A program made the translations under genes and the position numbers. The notes beneath the pieces were generated by a model. It saw only the letters and a list, made by a program, of their open reading frames with translations, had not been told where the DNA came from and did not search any database. Positions 1 through 9,723 of a stretch of 64,000 bases of DNA are shown here, piece after piece. The DNA is taken from NCBI GenBank assembly GCA_035483795.1, contig DATHPP010000425.1, forward strand, positions 9,951 through 73,950, read 5' to 3'. The stretch comes from Tepidisphaeraceae bacterium (lineage in GTDB: Bacteria > Planctomycetota > Phycisphaerae > Tepidisphaerales > Tepidisphaeraceae). Positions within the stretch are counted from its first letter, which is position 1; each line of letters opens with the position of its first letter.

Positions 1-1044
1 CAGCACCGGACAGGCCGGCAAGCCGTTCTGAGCCCGGTCGAAATTGGCGTCCAGCAGCACCGTCAGCGCCGTCGGACCCATCGGCGACCCCTCCGGCCCC
101 CGCGGAAAGAGAAACTTGCGGCTGTCTTGAGACAGGATCACCGCCGCGACGCCAAAAATATTCGCGGCCTCTTGGGCGAGCTTGCCGTCCTGCTCGATCC
201 CTATGACCTCTTTGAATCCCGCCAGCAATGCCGTCTTGAGGTTGCGCCCTTTGCCGCAGCCGGTTTCGATGAAGGTGTCGGCCAGGAGGGATGAAAGCTC
301 GCGGTCGAAGCGCAGGCGCGCATCTACACTGCGCCATTTGCCCCCTTTGGACCAGTCGATTTCCGCCCAGCCGTCCTCGCCCTCGAACAGCGGGATGCCT
401 ACATCGCGGGCGAACTGCGCCGCCGATTTGCGGTTGTGCAGCGAGATGGGATGCTTGCGGTGCGTCTCCCACCAGGCCGGGCCGTGATCCTCGTGGTAGA
501 CCAGGCGGCGTGAGATGCCGCCGCGATCGGGGGCGTGACTGTCGCGCTCGATCAGCTTGGTCAGACAGGCGTCGAAGGCTTCGGCGGCGATCAGGAAATC
601 CGGCACCTCGCGATGGACTCTGCGCCACCAGTGCGGCCGGAAGGCGATCAAGTCCGTGCCTGCGGTCGGATCGTCGAAAGCGAACACATAGGACGGGGGG
701 ACGTTGCTGGCGTCGACGACGTTGATCCGCCCGGAATAACAGGCGTCGTTCTTGCCCTCCGCCATCGTCTGGCGCACCGCTTCGTAGGCGTCGGGAACCA
801 GGCAGGCGTCGCAGTTGGTCCAGACAACGATCGTTTCCTCGGGTTCGCCCCAGCAGCCATAATCGAAGATGTCTTTCAGGTAGGGAACGCGGCGGGCATC
901 GTCGCCGAAGGCGCGCCGTGGCGCGATCGGCTTGAGCGTCACCCGTTCTTCGTTGCCCCAGGTCTTGACCGCGTTGTCGTTGCGGCGCCGCTCATCGTCG
1001 CTCTTGGGGGAGTGCTCATGGAAGATGTGAACGATTCGTTCCAC
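1..1044 (-). CDS. glycosyltransferase-like / SAM-methyltransferase-like fusion protein, C-terminus beyond left edge
   Basis: Not in the ORF track because it has no stop inside the window. My translation from GTG at 1044 stays open to position 1: VERIVHIFHEH...IVVWTNCDACLVPDAYEAV..., then ...ADTFIETGCGKGRNLKTALLAGFKEVIGIEQD (glycine-rich SAM motif I). The start abuts the stop of the upstream gene at 1047. Confidence 0.5.
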   Translation of the reverse strand, partial: MERIVHIFHEHSPKSDDERRRNDNAVKTWGNEERVTLKPIAPRRAFGDDARRVPYLKDIFDYGCWGEPEETIVVWTNCDACLVPDAYEAVRQTMAEGKNDACYSGRINVVDASNVPPSYVFAFDDPTAGTDLIAFRPHWWRRVHREVPDFLIAAEAFDACLTKLIERDSHAPDRGGISRRLVYHEDHGPAWWETHRKHPISLHNRKSAAQFARDVGIPLFEGEDGWAEIDWSKGGKWRSVDARLRFDRELSSLLADTFIETGCGKGRNLKTALLAGFKEVIGIEQDGKLAQEAANIFGVAAVILSQDSRKFLFPRGPEGSPMGPTALTVLLDANFDRAQNGLPACPVL

Positions 1045-1046
1045 GG

Positions 1047-2330
1047 CTATTCGTTCCATACATCGACCCCGTACTGCTGGCGCAACAACTCGATCGCCCG
1101 CTCGCCGTGGAAGCCGAAGGTCAGCCGGCGATCCTCCGGCCAGGGGTGCGGCGGCGGCTGATGACACTCGAAGCTGAACCGCGCCGCCACCGTCACCGGG
1201 GCAAAGCGAATTCCCGCCGCCTCCATCGTGGTACGGCAGAACACGCAACTGAACCAGTCCTCGCAGTGCTCAGCCGGCGGGACCGGCGTGTCGGGATGCT
1301 CCATGCGCCCGTAGCCGAGTTTCGCTGTCTCCTGAAGGAACCTGCGGCTGCGCAGGGAGAAGCCGCCGTTACCGACGATCCATTGATCCTGCCAGTGCCA
1401 CGGACTGCCGACGTAATCGTAGTCGAGGAACGCCCGGCTCCAGGTCGAGGGATTCCGCGCGAAGCCGTCGCTCTGCACGATCAGGCAGTGCGGCGCGTCG
1501 ATGAAGCGGTGCAGCTCCTCGAGAACGAAGCGGGAATAGTCGTAGACGCTGGCGAACGGCTCGATCTTCACATAGGCGGCATCGACGGGCAGCGCCTTCG
1601 GGCGCCGCGGGGCAAGGAACATCACCTTATCGACCTGGCAGTGCCGCAGGGTGCGATTGACCGCGGCGCAGCCCTGCTCGGGATGATTGGTGTCGATGCA
1701 AACCAGCGTGACCCCGCTCAGGTCGGCCTTGGGGCTGTCCCATCCGCCGGGCCGCAGTTCATCGGGATCGCGCAGGATTCCCGCCGGCCGCTCGCCCAAA
1801 TCGACCCCCAGCGTCAAGAGGGCGCGGCGCAGGCTGGAATAGTCGTAGATGATCTGCTCGTAGGTGAGCAGGAGCCAGGGTAGGGGAGGAGGGGGAGAAG
1901 GGGAGAGGGGACGAGGGGAGGATGGGGACTCGACAAATTCGCTGATTCGGCGCAGGGCCGAGGCGAGGTTGGCCAGTCCCTCCGATTTGTCCTGAACGTA
2001 CTGGCGGCGCAACTGCGACTGCACCGTCGATTCGCCTGACCGCAGAAGCACCAATAGCGCGACGGCGTATCCCGCCGCTTCCAGCTCGCCACGCAGCACG
2101 GGTAAATCCGGCCAGCCGCGCTGGTCGCCCACGCCGTAGGGCAGGCTGCGCTTAACGACGATCTGCCGGCCCATCTCCGAGAGCGGAACATCATGGCGCG
2201 GGTCGCCGGTGTTCCACGACTGCCAGCCAGCCGCTTCCAGGAGACGGTTCAAGAGCGTCGAGCCGCTGCCCTCGGGACAGACGATCAGCAGTGCCCGTTT
2301 AGTTGCGCCCGCAAAATGTTCTGTATCCAT
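1047..2330 (-). CDS. two-domain protein: P-loop sulfotransferase-like N-terminus plus DUF5672-like C-terminus
   Basis: The N-terminus LLIVCPEGSGSTLLNRL resembles a PAPS-binding loop. The C-terminus has IVGNGGFSLRSRRF, which I recall as typical of DUF5672 glycan-enzyme-like proteins. The two halves are joined by SPSSPRPLSPSPPPPLP, encoded by a G-run repeat (1877-1928). Confidence 0.55.
   Translation of the reverse strand: MDTEHFAGATKRALLIVCPEGSGSTLLNRLLEAAGWQSWNTGDPRHDVPLSEMGRQIVVKRSLPYGVGDQRGWPDLPVLRGELEAAGYAVALLVLLRSGESTVQSQLRRQYVQDKSEGLANLASALRRISEFVESPSSPRPLSPSPPPPLPWLLLTYEQIIYDYSSLRRALLTLGVDLGERPAGILRDPDELRPGGWDSPKADLSGVTLVCIDTNHPEQGCAAVNRTLRHCQVDKVMFLAPRRPKALPVDAAYVKIEPFASVYDYSRFVLEELHRFIDAPHCLIVQSDGFARNPSTWSRAFLDYDYVGSPWHWQDQWIVGNGGFSLRSRRFLQETAKLGYGRMEHPDTPVPPAEHCEDWFSCVFCRTTMEAAGIRFAPVTVAARFSFECHQPPPHPWPEDRRLTFGFHGERAIELLRQQYGVDVWNE
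1877..1928. repeat. G-run element (family A) lying in frame inside a CDS
   Basis: Plus strand reads gggtaggggaggagggggagaaggggagaggggacgaggggaggatgggg. Related copies are at 17911, 18954, 27001, 36108, 54644 and 55349. Confidence 0.7.
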
Positions 2331-3358
2331 GCGAATCCGCCGGGTTGGGCGGCTTCCTCGTAGGTCAGTCTCTCGATCCAGTGCGGGTATCTTCGCGAGG
2401 CGCGGAGCGGGTCATCCAGCACCAGCGCGATGGTGGGGACCTGCGTCACCCGGCCCAGGTGCAGGATGCCGTTGTCGCTGGCGACCAGAACCCCCCCAGA
2501 CTCCGTCGCGCGCTCGAACAAACCCAGCAGATCATACATCCGCGGGGCCCGGAACGAGCCCAGGTCGAGCCACAGCAGCGCGGGGAACTGTTTCTGGAGA
2601 AAGGCAAATAGGGCCTCACCGCGGGCGAATCCGGCGGGCCGGCCGGCGCTGCGGAAGTGGGTGCAATTGAACAGGGCCAGGGGAAGGGGAGACGCGGGGG
2701 CGTATTTTTCCACGATCTGCCGCTCCTCGGGATCGCGGCATTCGTGTACGTCCAGCGGCAAGGTGTCGATGAACGACAGCGGGCAGCCGGTCCGGTCCCA
2801 TTGCACGGTGATGAAATCGCGCAGGTCGCGGCGGTCCCAGGCGTTGGTGGTGATCCGCACCTCGTCGAAGCGGCCGAACTCGCCCTCGACGGCGCGGTGG
2901 AAAAGCGGCATCGGGCCGCCGGTCCAGTCGCAGACGACTTGCTTCATCCACGCGAAGCGCTCGCACATCTGCACATAAGGCTCATCCACCAGCAGCGTGA
3001 TGCGGCGGTGGGCCTGTTCGGTGAGCCAGCGAAATGCGGGGATCAGCGTCAGCAGGTCGCCGGCCCGCCCGGGCTGGAGAATCGCAGTCTTGACCGTGGC
3101 AACCTCTTCGCCGCAGCAGCCTTTGCTCCCCGGTGGAGATGGGGCAGGCGGCGCCGGCCAGCTCCAGGAATCTTCGCCGGTGTCCTCGAGCGCTCGGGCG
3201 GCCGCGTCGTATTTGCCCTTGGGGCATTGGCCGCTTTGGGCGTGGATCGTCAGATCGATGCCATCGACCGTGCAGGCGCAGGCTCCGAAGCAGGGGCGCT
3301 GGGCGAATGGGCAGGTGTGGCAGAGGGACAGGCGATCGTCTTCGGTCTGGGACTTCAT
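2285..3358 (-). CDS. GT9 (heptosyltransferase)-like glycosyltransferase with Cys-rich N-terminus
   Basis: KTAILQPGRAGDLLTLIPAFRWL matches the N-terminal signature of family 9 glycosyltransferases. The N-terminus is cysteine-rich (CHTCPF..CFGACAC..CPKG). The gene overlaps the next one by 46 nt, so the start of the downstream gene is uncertain. Confidence 0.6.
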   Translation of the reverse strand: MKSQTEDDRLSLCHTCPFAQRPCFGACACTVDGIDLTIHAQSGQCPKGKYDAAARALEDTGEDSWSWPAPPAPSPPGSKGCCGEEVATVKTAILQPGRAGDLLTLIPAFRWLTEQAHRRITLLVDEPYVQMCERFAWMKQVVCDWTGGPMPLFHRAVEGEFGRFDEVRITTNAWDRRDLRDFITVQWDRTGCPLSFIDTLPLDVHECRDPEERQIVEKYAPASPLPLALFNCTHFRSAGRPAGFARGEALFAFLQKQFPALLWLDLGSFRAPRMYDLLGLFERATESGGVLVASDNGILHLGRVTQVPTIALVLDDPLRASRRYPHWIERLTYEEAAQPGGFAWIQNILRAQLNGHC

Positions 3359-3364
3359 CGCGTA

Positions 3365-4156
3365 CTAGGCGTCCGTCACCACGAATTTACCGCCGAAGAA
3401 GCCGCCGGGCGGAATCGAGAAGCCGCCAAAACCGCCGAAGTTGTCGTTGGGTCCGGTCGGCGGATTATTGGAGACAGCGACGATCGAACCGCCGCAGGGC
3501 AGGGGAGGCCCCAAGGTCATGTAAGGAATGAACGGGGCACCGCTGCCGCCGTAATCTTCGCCAGCGACGATCGCGCCCTGACCGTTGCCGTTGAGCACAG
3601 GAGGAATCCCAATGAGCGGCGCGGCCGGGTTGGTCAGATAGACGATCAGACCGGTGAATCCATCAAAGTCGGGCGATGGCGGAACGATCACCAGCTCAAA
3701 GTGGAGCACTGAGCAGTGGAACTGGAGCACGCCGGAGCATCCGAGCCCGACCCATTGGTCCGATGAAGCCGGGATGTCCAAACCGTAGTAACAAGCGACG
3801 GTGGTGCCGAAGCTGCGATATTGTGCCCGCAGGGTGAGCGTGAAGGTGCCGTTGACGGGTACGGAATTGAAGCGGTAGGAGAAAAGACCGCCGAAGACCG
3901 TCCAGCAGGTTCCCAAGGCTGCGGCAATGTTGACATTGCTGATGGTCAGCGTCTTGGTTGTCTTGTAGCTCCCGGTGCTGCCCGAGCCGCCGATCGAGGG
4001 ACAGTTGCAACAGCAGGGGCACGGTGAGTTGGACGGCGGCAGCGGGCCGGGCGTGAAGGGATAATCGCCCAGCCCCGGATTGCCAGGCACCGTCGCGCCC
4101 AGATAGAGCGCGCCTTTGCTGCCGAACAACCAGCCATCTGCGCCGAACAGGGCCAT
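3365..4156 (-). CDS. hypothetical Gly/Pro-rich protein with CPCCCNCP cluster (probable virion/tail protein)
   Basis: 263-aa ORF in operon orientation, distal to the tail genes, with a beta-rich composition. No motif recognised. Confidence 0.5.
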   Translation of the reverse strand: MALFGADGWLFGSKGALYLGATVPGNPGLGDYPFTPGPLPPSNSPCPCCCNCPSIGGSGSTGSYKTTKTLTISNVNIAAALGTCWTVFGGLFSYRFNSVPVNGTFTLTLRAQYRSFGTTVACYYGLDIPASSDQWVGLGCSGVLQFHCSVLHFELVIVPPSPDFDGFTGLIVYLTNPAAPLIGIPPVLNGNGQGAIVAGEDYGGSGAPFIPYMTLGPPLPCGGSIVAVSNNPPTGPNDNFGGFGGFSIPPGGFFGGKFVVTDA

Positions 4157-4207
4157 GGGAGAGAAGAAGACACGGGGACGGGGAGACGCGGGGACGCGGA
4201 GAAGGGA
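4157..4207. repeat. octamer-array element (family B) at a gene junction
   Basis: gggagagaagaagacacggggacggggagacgcggggacgcggagaaggg fills the gap between the stop at 4208 and the start at 4156. It is built from NNGACRCG-type units. Confidence 0.65.
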
Positions 4208-4960
4208 TCATGAGGATGGCGGGACGCAGGATCCGACATCAATGACCTCGTTCGTAATCAGCAGGTGGGGTTTGAACATATTGGCTTGGGAATCCGGGTA
4301 ATACAGCCCGCGCGTCCCCAGGCCGGCGTCGCTGACATGGCCGGGAAAGCGCCAATCGACCGGCACGTTGTCGGCGATTTTCACCCCGTCAAGCGCCGTG
4401 ATGGTGTAGGTGAGGGTGGCCGCCACCGGCGGAAGGCTGGTTCCGCGCGAGCCCATGGGATTGCTCAAGGTCACTGGCACGCCCAGCCAGAGCTGCTGGC
4501 TTTCGCAGATCACCAGCGGGCGGACGGCGAGCGAGGAGCTGGAGCTGGTCTGCCCCGCCAGGTATCCCCAGACGAAGCGGGTGCCGTTGACGTTGAGATC
4601 ATGGCCCATGGGGGCGAAATCGTTCTCGTTGATGTTGGCGATCCAGCAGTCGTCGCTGGTGTTGACGTCCTGAAACAGGTTCTCCAGCTTCATGTCCTGC
4701 GCCGGATCGATGCCGTTGCCGTTGTTGAGCGTTTGCTGTCGGCCCCCGTAAAATCCCCGTCCGCAGCCGGCGCTGGAGGTGATGCGGGCGACGGTCGGAT
4801 TGAAGACATCCGATGAGACCGAGCGCGCTTGCCGCTGTTGCATGATGCGGATGCGCTGTCCGTCGTTGACCACGCCGTCGCCGGAGATGGTCGAGACGGT
4901 CTGGCGCAGATCGCGCAACCACTGGATATCCGCGGCGGTGAGATAGTAGCGGTCGGGCAT
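4208..4960 (-). CDS. hypothetical tail-module protein
   Basis: 250-aa ORF in operon orientation, downstream of the tape-measure and distal-tail positions. No motif recognised. Confidence 0.5.
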   Translation of the reverse strand: MPDRYYLTAADIQWLRDLRQTVSTISGDGVVNDGQRIRIMQQRQARSVSSDVFNPTVARITSSAGCGRGFYGGRQQTLNNGNGIDPAQDMKLENLFQDVNTSDDCWIANINENDFAPMGHDLNVNGTRFVWGYLAGQTSSSSSLAVRPLVICESQQLWLGVPVTLSNPMGSRGTSLPPVAATLTYTITALDGVKIADNVPVDWRFPGHVSDAGLGTRGLYYPDSQANMFKPHLLITNEVIDVGSCVPPSS

Positions 4961-4993
4961 GGGGCGTTAGAATGTGGCCGTTCGGAGTTTGGA

Positions 4994-5203
4994 ATGAAGA
5001 AATGCTCGTTGCCGGCTTTGGAAACTCCATGCGCGCATTGCGGAGGTAAGGGATGGTATTGGCCGGAGGACCGCGATAAGGCGCTGCGTTGCGAGGCTTG
5101 CGGGGGCGCGGGGTATATTCCTACCGGCGATGGCGAGCGAATCCTTGACTTAATGCGCCATTCAGTCCGGGCATGGGTTGAGGATATCCCCCCGGCCGGT
5201 TGA
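4994..5203 (+). CDS. small DnaJ-type zinc-finger protein (2x CxxCxGxG)
   Basis: The internal ATG at 4994 of track ORF 4829..5203 gives MKKCSLPALETPCAHCGGKGWYWPEDRDKALRCEACGGAGYIP, which contains two CxxCxGxG motifs. Confidence 0.5.
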   Translation: MKKCSLPALETPCAHCGGKGWYWPEDRDKALRCEACGGAGYIPTGDGERILDLMRHSVRAWVEDIPPAG

Positions 5204-5382
5204 CATACTTCAAGCGATGCGCAGCTTTACGGCGCTGTCTGCCCCGTCGCACGCTCACTTCCGAATACGCGCGATTCCCAAAGGCGCTACTGTGTTTGAA
5301 GTATGGGAACCATCACACCGGCAGCTTTAACGACCAACGACCCGAGTTTCGCCAAGCGTCGTTGATCGAGCAAAATGGCAAA

Positions 5383-5631
5383 ATGGATCGCCAAAATAAA
5401 ACTCGTGCCCTCCCGGCATATACAGAACTTGACGTACTCAGGCGACACGCCGCAAGGGCGGCCGTTGCCGCGGCCGAACTGCTGAAAGATACGGATGGCG
5501 AACCGAATCCGGTGGTTCTTGAGATTGGATCGGAGAGGCTCAAGAGAATCGAAGCGGCGGCGGAAAAACTCCGCGACGAGAGCGTACTTTCCTGGCTTGC
5601 CGCAATGAAAGTGTCCCGTGACGCGGATTGA
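5383..5631 (+). CDS. hypothetical small protein
   Basis: The C-terminal part of track ORF 5200..5631 from ATG 5383 (MDRQNKTRALPAYTELDVLRRH...) lies in a stretch that looks lower in GC. The start is uncertain. Confidence 0.3.
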   Translation: MDRQNKTRALPAYTELDVLRRHAARAAVAAAELLKDTDGEPNPVVLEIGSERLKRIEAAAEKLRDESVLSWLAAMKVSRDAD

Positions 5632-5634
5632 ATC

Positions 5635-5907
5635 TCATTGCTTTTCGTGGGGCGTGAGATGCTCGGTCAACATCGCGTAGTATCCGATCCAAGTCGCGAA
5701 TAGGTCCAACGTCGCGATTGGGTTCCCACGCATGTCCGCCTTCCGCTCTGCCTCAATTTGCTTCGCGCACCGCGCGAGCCTTCGGGCCTCCAAAAGTTCC
5801 GTAGCGAGATCCCTTACCGCATTATCAACGCCATCGCCGCAGTCTCCCGAAAATCCGACCTTGGCGTATCGTTCCAGGTCTTCGTTATTTATCACGTCGC
5901 ACATCAC
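5635..5907 (-). CDS. hypothetical small protein
   Basis: 90-aa ORF in operon orientation, 4 nt downstream of the preceding gene. Confidence 0.4.
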   Translation of the reverse strand: MMCDVINNEDLERYAKVGFSGDCGDGVDNAVRDLATELLEARRLARCAKQIEAERKADMRGNPIATLDLFATWIGYYAMLTEHLTPHEKQ

Positions 5908-5910
5908 ACA

Positions 5911-6966
5911 TCATAACAGATTCGCATACGGGATCGGCTTCAAGCGCCGCCAGTGTCCGACATAAATCTGGCCGGTAGGGACCGATGGAGCCTGGAGCGT
6001 TTCCCAGAAGAAGTCCGGCCCTTCCACCATCGGCGTCGGATTGGCGACGGGAGTAGCGAGCTGGTGCCCGACCTTGAAGCTGGCGGTATCCAACGGGAGT
6101 CCCGTCTTGTCGAGATAAACGATCGCTTCCGTGACTCTGGTCGGCGGCTGCTCGCCCACGTAATAAAACGGGGCCATCTGCGGGGTGGGGGCCTCTGTGT
6201 CGGGCGTCATCGATTGTGCGGGCGTCGATGGTTGGAACCAACCGACCGAGCCCTTGTTGATTTCCCGAACGTCCCAGGCATCGCTCAATCCATCCGGTCC
6301 GGTAGCGCTGAACGTGGGTCGGATTTCAAAGGTCCATCTGACTTTCACGAAATACGCCTGTAGCGAGTATTCGCCGATCGGCACGATGTTTTTAACCCGC
6401 GCCTGTCCGGGCTGCACCGCCGCGTTCATCACCTTGCCCTTGATCACGAAGTTGTCTTTATTCATCGTCCCCATCAGCCGGGTTGCCGCCGCCGGATCGT
6501 AAAACGGCTGGTAGCGCGTGTAGACGAGGTTCATCGTCGGCAGATCGGTCTGCGCCGGCGGATCGTAAGGTTGTCCTGCCGCGGTCTGCACCGGCGTACC
6601 CTGGATGGTGTGGCTGAAATCGACGCTCTGAAGCGCCGGCTCCCAAGCCATCATGGGCGGCTGACTCAGAGGATCGGCGCTGGCTGGCGCTTCGCCGCCA
6701 TCAGGGACGCCGTATTCAGCGTGAACCCGGTAGACGGAGTAGAGGGATTTGTCGGCGCTGATGCTCAGACAGCGCAGGGTCGAGGAGAGATTGTGGGGTG
6801 CGTTGTAATCCACCGCGAACTGCGCCGAGCAGGCCGCGATCGCGTCCACCTCGTCGACGGCGTAGGCCACGTCGAACTCGCGGTGGGCGGTCCACTTGAG
6901 CAGGTCGACGTTGAAGTTGAGCCGCTGGTTTTCCCAGCGCTCGCTGGCTTGGGCGATGGTGGACAT
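5911..6966 (-). CDS. hypothetical tail protein (distal-tail position)
   Basis: 351-aa ORF immediately downstream of the tape-measure-like gene. The call rests on position only. Confidence 0.55.
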   Translation of the reverse strand: MSTIAQASERWENQRLNFNVDLLKWTAHREFDVAYAVDEVDAIAACSAQFAVDYNAPHNLSSTLRCLSISADKSLYSVYRVHAEYGVPDGGEAPASADPLSQPPMMAWEPALQSVDFSHTIQGTPVQTAAGQPYDPPAQTDLPTMNLVYTRYQPFYDPAAATRLMGTMNKDNFVIKGKVMNAAVQPGQARVKNIVPIGEYSLQAYFVKVRWTFEIRPTFSATGPDGLSDAWDVREINKGSVGWFQPSTPAQSMTPDTEAPTPQMAPFYYVGEQPPTRVTEAIVYLDKTGLPLDTASFKVGHQLATPVANPTPMVEGPDFFWETLQAPSVPTGQIYVGHWRRLKPIPYANLL

Positions 6967-6976
6967 GGGAGTTGAG

Positions 6977-8593
6977 TCAAAGACCGGCTGGAGCCATTGC
7001 GTCTTTGAGGAATTGACGGGCCATTTCGATCAGATGCTGGAGGTGGGTATTGGAGGCGTTCTGGGCGTCGAGCTGCTTTTGCCAGATGGCGCGTGCCGTC
7101 TGTTCCGCCTGCCGGGCATTGGCGGCAAACGCTTCCCGCCCTGCATCCTGGCCGAATTTCAATTCCGGCGACTGGGCAAATGGTGAGCTGAACGGCCCGA
7201 ATTCCGGCATGCCGGCCCGCGCGATCGCGGCCTTTTCGACGCCGACCGTCGCATCCCGCGCCGCCTCGATTTGCTTGCGTTCATCAGCGGTGAGGTCCTG
7301 GCCCTCGCGGAGCAGCTTGTTGAACTCCTCGCGTTTTTCGTTGAACTTCTCGTGAATCTCCAGGATCGTCGCCGCCTTCTTGGCCTGATTGCTGCCCAAC
7401 TCCGCTTCCTCGTGCAACATTTCCAGGCCGGCTGACATCACGGCTCGTCGGCGCTCCTCGCGCTCATCCTGAATCTGGTTCTGGTGTTCGATCGTGGCTC
7501 GGTGATCGGCTTCTGTTTTCTGCGCATCAATGGCCTTCTGGGTTTGATCGTGCTGCCGATAAGCGCGCTCCCTTTCGGCGGCATCGTTGAGGGGAGGCTG
7601 GCCCGCGTCCTTTCGCTTCTGGGCCTCGTCGCGGATGCGATTCAGATCGTCATTGAGCTTCAAGTCGGCGCGGCGTTTTTCTTCCTCGTATTGATTATCG
7701 CGCAGCACCTGCTCGGCCTCGAAACTTTCGTTCAACCCGTGCAGTTCTTCGGCGTCAGCTTCGGCGGCAAGACGCCTCAGCTTTATTTCATGCTCGGCGT
7801 CGTCGGACTCCAATCGCTCGTTGTGCGCGGCGTTGCGGTCGCGCTCCTCACGGCGAAATTTATCGTGGATGTTCTCTATCTCAATCTGCGCAGCCTTGGT
7901 GGTATCCTCGATCGCGGAATCCTTCTGGGCGATGACCCCTTTCTCCAACTCGGTCGGATTGAAGTGGTGTTTCTTGTATTCTTCAAGTTCCTTCCGCAGG
8001 TCCGCGATGCGATCGGCTGCCGCCCGCGCCGCGTTTCCGACCGCCGCCCCCTCCGCGCTCATACCCGGTCGTTGCTGAGCCCGCGCCTCCGCCAGTTCAT
8101 TCAGGGCCGATCGCTGCTCGTGATAGGCGCGGGTGGTTTCTTCCAGCTTCTCGTGCAGATATTTCAGGGTGCCGGCGTCCGAGCGGGCGCGGTCGATCAC
8201 CTTGTCTGAAGCGCCGGCCTCTTTGAGTTGTTCTGCGTGCAAGTCTTTGTAAGCATCGACGACCCGATCGAGGGCACCGACCAGCGGGTCGATTGACGAC
8301 ACCACATCAAGCATGCCTTGAACCTTGGCCTTGTGCAGGTCTTCGGCATCCGTCGCCTCCGAGACTCTTTCCGTGTAGGCCCGCATCCCCTCTGCCGCTC
8401 GATTCAACCCTTCGGCCAAAAGGGCGACCACAATCCCGGCACCGCCGAGCTTCAAGCCATGCTCCAGCAGGCGCGCTCCTCCACGGCTTTCGTGGATAAA
8501 GTTTTCCAGCTTTTCCTTTGCCGACTTATAAGCCTCGGCAGTCATGTCCTTTGCGCGGAGCCAGAAAGTGATTTGTTCGGTGCGCTCGGCCAT
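6977..8593 (-). CDS. tape-measure-like coiled-coil protein
   Basis: 538 aa, extremely E/K/A/R-rich and helical (…KELEEYKKHHFNPTELEKG…). It has a hydrophobic segment GGAGIVVALLAEGL near the N-terminus and sits downstream of the tube/chaperone genes. Confidence 0.55.
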   Translation of the reverse strand: MAERTEQITFWLRAKDMTAEAYKSAKEKLENFIHESRGGARLLEHGLKLGGAGIVVALLAEGLNRAAEGMRAYTERVSEATDAEDLHKAKVQGMLDVVSSIDPLVGALDRVVDAYKDLHAEQLKEAGASDKVIDRARSDAGTLKYLHEKLEETTRAYHEQRSALNELAEARAQQRPGMSAEGAAVGNAARAAADRIADLRKELEEYKKHHFNPTELEKGVIAQKDSAIEDTTKAAQIEIENIHDKFRREERDRNAAHNERLESDDAEHEIKLRRLAAEADAEELHGLNESFEAEQVLRDNQYEEEKRRADLKLNDDLNRIRDEAQKRKDAGQPPLNDAAERERAYRQHDQTQKAIDAQKTEADHRATIEHQNQIQDEREERRRAVMSAGLEMLHEEAELGSNQAKKAATILEIHEKFNEKREEFNKLLREGQDLTADERKQIEAARDATVGVEKAAIARAGMPEFGPFSSPFAQSPELKFGQDAGREAFAANARQAEQTARAIWQKQLDAQNASNTHLQHLIEMARQFLKDAMAPAGL

Positions 8594-8666
8594 GGGGAGA
8601 TTCGTAAAGGGGTTGCGTGGTCGCTAGGGTATCGCGGTACGGGGGAACATTTCGGGAGTCCCGCCC

Positions 8667-9596
8667 ATGAAAACGTCAATCGCGGTTCTGCTGGTCCTGT
8701 TGTGTGCCGCCGGTCCACAGCCGACGCGCCCGGCCTGGGACGGGAAAACCTGGCAGCTTGGCTGGGCCCACGGCACGGCGCAGCAGGTGGCGGATCAGAT
8801 CAACGGCGACGTTCTGCGTCTGGGTCGCCGCTGCGCCGAAGCGCGCTCGAGCATCGCCGATGAACGGGTGCGCTTGGGCAAACTGCACGATGCCCGGTTG
8901 GCCACGCTGCACGCCACAGACGCGGCGGGCAAGATCGCCCAGATCGCCGACCTCACACAGCGCCTCAACCAGGCGCGGGCCGATCACGATTCAGCCGCGG
9001 CCATCGCCCTCAGCTCGCAACTGAATCACGACCGCCAGGACCTGGCCGGGATGGAGACGGCGGCCATCGCCGGCGACGATTCCCTCAACCGTTCGCAGGC
9101 GCTCTTGCGCGATCAGGAGGTCCAGCTTGCGGCGCTGGCGAATTCATTGTCCGATGCCCGAGCGTGGCGCGGGCAGATGCTCGATGCCATGCGGAACTCA
9201 TTTCAACTCGCCTGGCCGCTGCACAAGGGCGACGTCGGACTTCTGGGGCCGACCAAAAGCACCGATCCGCTGCGCGATCTGGTCCGAAAGACGCACGGGG
9301 CGCGGGTGTCCGCGATGATCTTCGACAACACCCGCCTGGCCTACGCCACCGAATGGCGCGAACAGACCGAGGAGCACGAATCGATCACCACCAACAAGGT
9401 GGTGCAGCATCCCTTCCTGGTCCAGCCCGACGGCGCGATGCCCGAGGCGGATACCGTCGTGGAGATTGCCGTGCTCGATGAAGACCCGCCCGCCGCCACG
9501 GCGATCGGCCAGGCGGTCGAATTGGCGGTGATCGCGCCGCGGCCGGATCACCCGTTCAGCCAGTTGATGAAGGCGATCGACGACGGGATCAAGTAG
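8667..9596 (+). CDS. secreted coiled-coil protein (signal peptide, possible lipobox)
   Basis: MKTSIAVLLVLLCAAGPQP is a signal peptide. The gene runs opposite to the structural operon and has a GGGAG element upstream of the ATG. Confidence 0.6.
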   Translation: MKTSIAVLLVLLCAAGPQPTRPAWDGKTWQLGWAHGTAQQVADQINGDVLRLGRRCAEARSSIADERVRLGKLHDARLATLHATDAAGKIAQIADLTQRLNQARADHDSAAAIALSSQLNHDRQDLAGMETAAIAGDDSLNRSQALLRDQEVQLAALANSLSDARAWRGQMLDAMRNSFQLAWPLHKGDVGLLGPTKSTDPLRDLVRKTHGARVSAMIFDNTRLAYATEWREQTEEHESITTNKVVQHPFLVQPDGAMPEADTVVEIAVLDEDPPAATAIGQAVELAVIAPRPDHPFSQLMKAIDDGIK

Positions 9597-9723
9597 GAGA
9601 CGCGAAGTCCCCGAGCCGCCGAGCGCCAGTTCTTCCCTGCCTTTTGTTGGCCGAGTCGTAAGCCTCGCCGGTTTCGTCCTTTGCGCGGAGCTTAAACGTG
9701 ATCTGTTCGGTGCGGTCGGCCAT
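9589..9723 (-). pseudogene. truncated duplicate of the tape-measure 5' end
   Basis: My translation is MADRTEQITFKLRAKDETGEAYDSANKRQGRTG..., compared with the tape-measure N-terminus MAERTEQITFWLRAKDMTAEAYKSAKEK. The DNA at 9651-9725 aligns base-for-base with 8521-8595 at roughly 80 percent identity. Confidence 0.6.

Noticed and set aside
535-1161. 208-aa plus-strand ORF, and similar long plus-strand ORFs in the track: 2657..3712, 7484..8209, 13242..14015, 30145..31221, 31167..31904, 33747..35081, 44557..45843, 47672..48430, 48241..49083, 53448..54245 and 58703..59551.
   Set aside because: They lie antisense to minus-strand ORFs that carry recognisable enzyme or structural motifs. Their translations are Arg/Gly/Ala/Pro-rich with no motifs, as expected for shadow ORFs in GC-rich DNA.
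4945-4975. GTTAGAATG motifs at 4966, 42453 and 57808 as promoters for plus-strand ORFs.
   Set aside because: TAGAAT is a plausible -10 box, but I could not find a -35 element at 16-18 nt in any of the three. Confidence is too low to annotate them.
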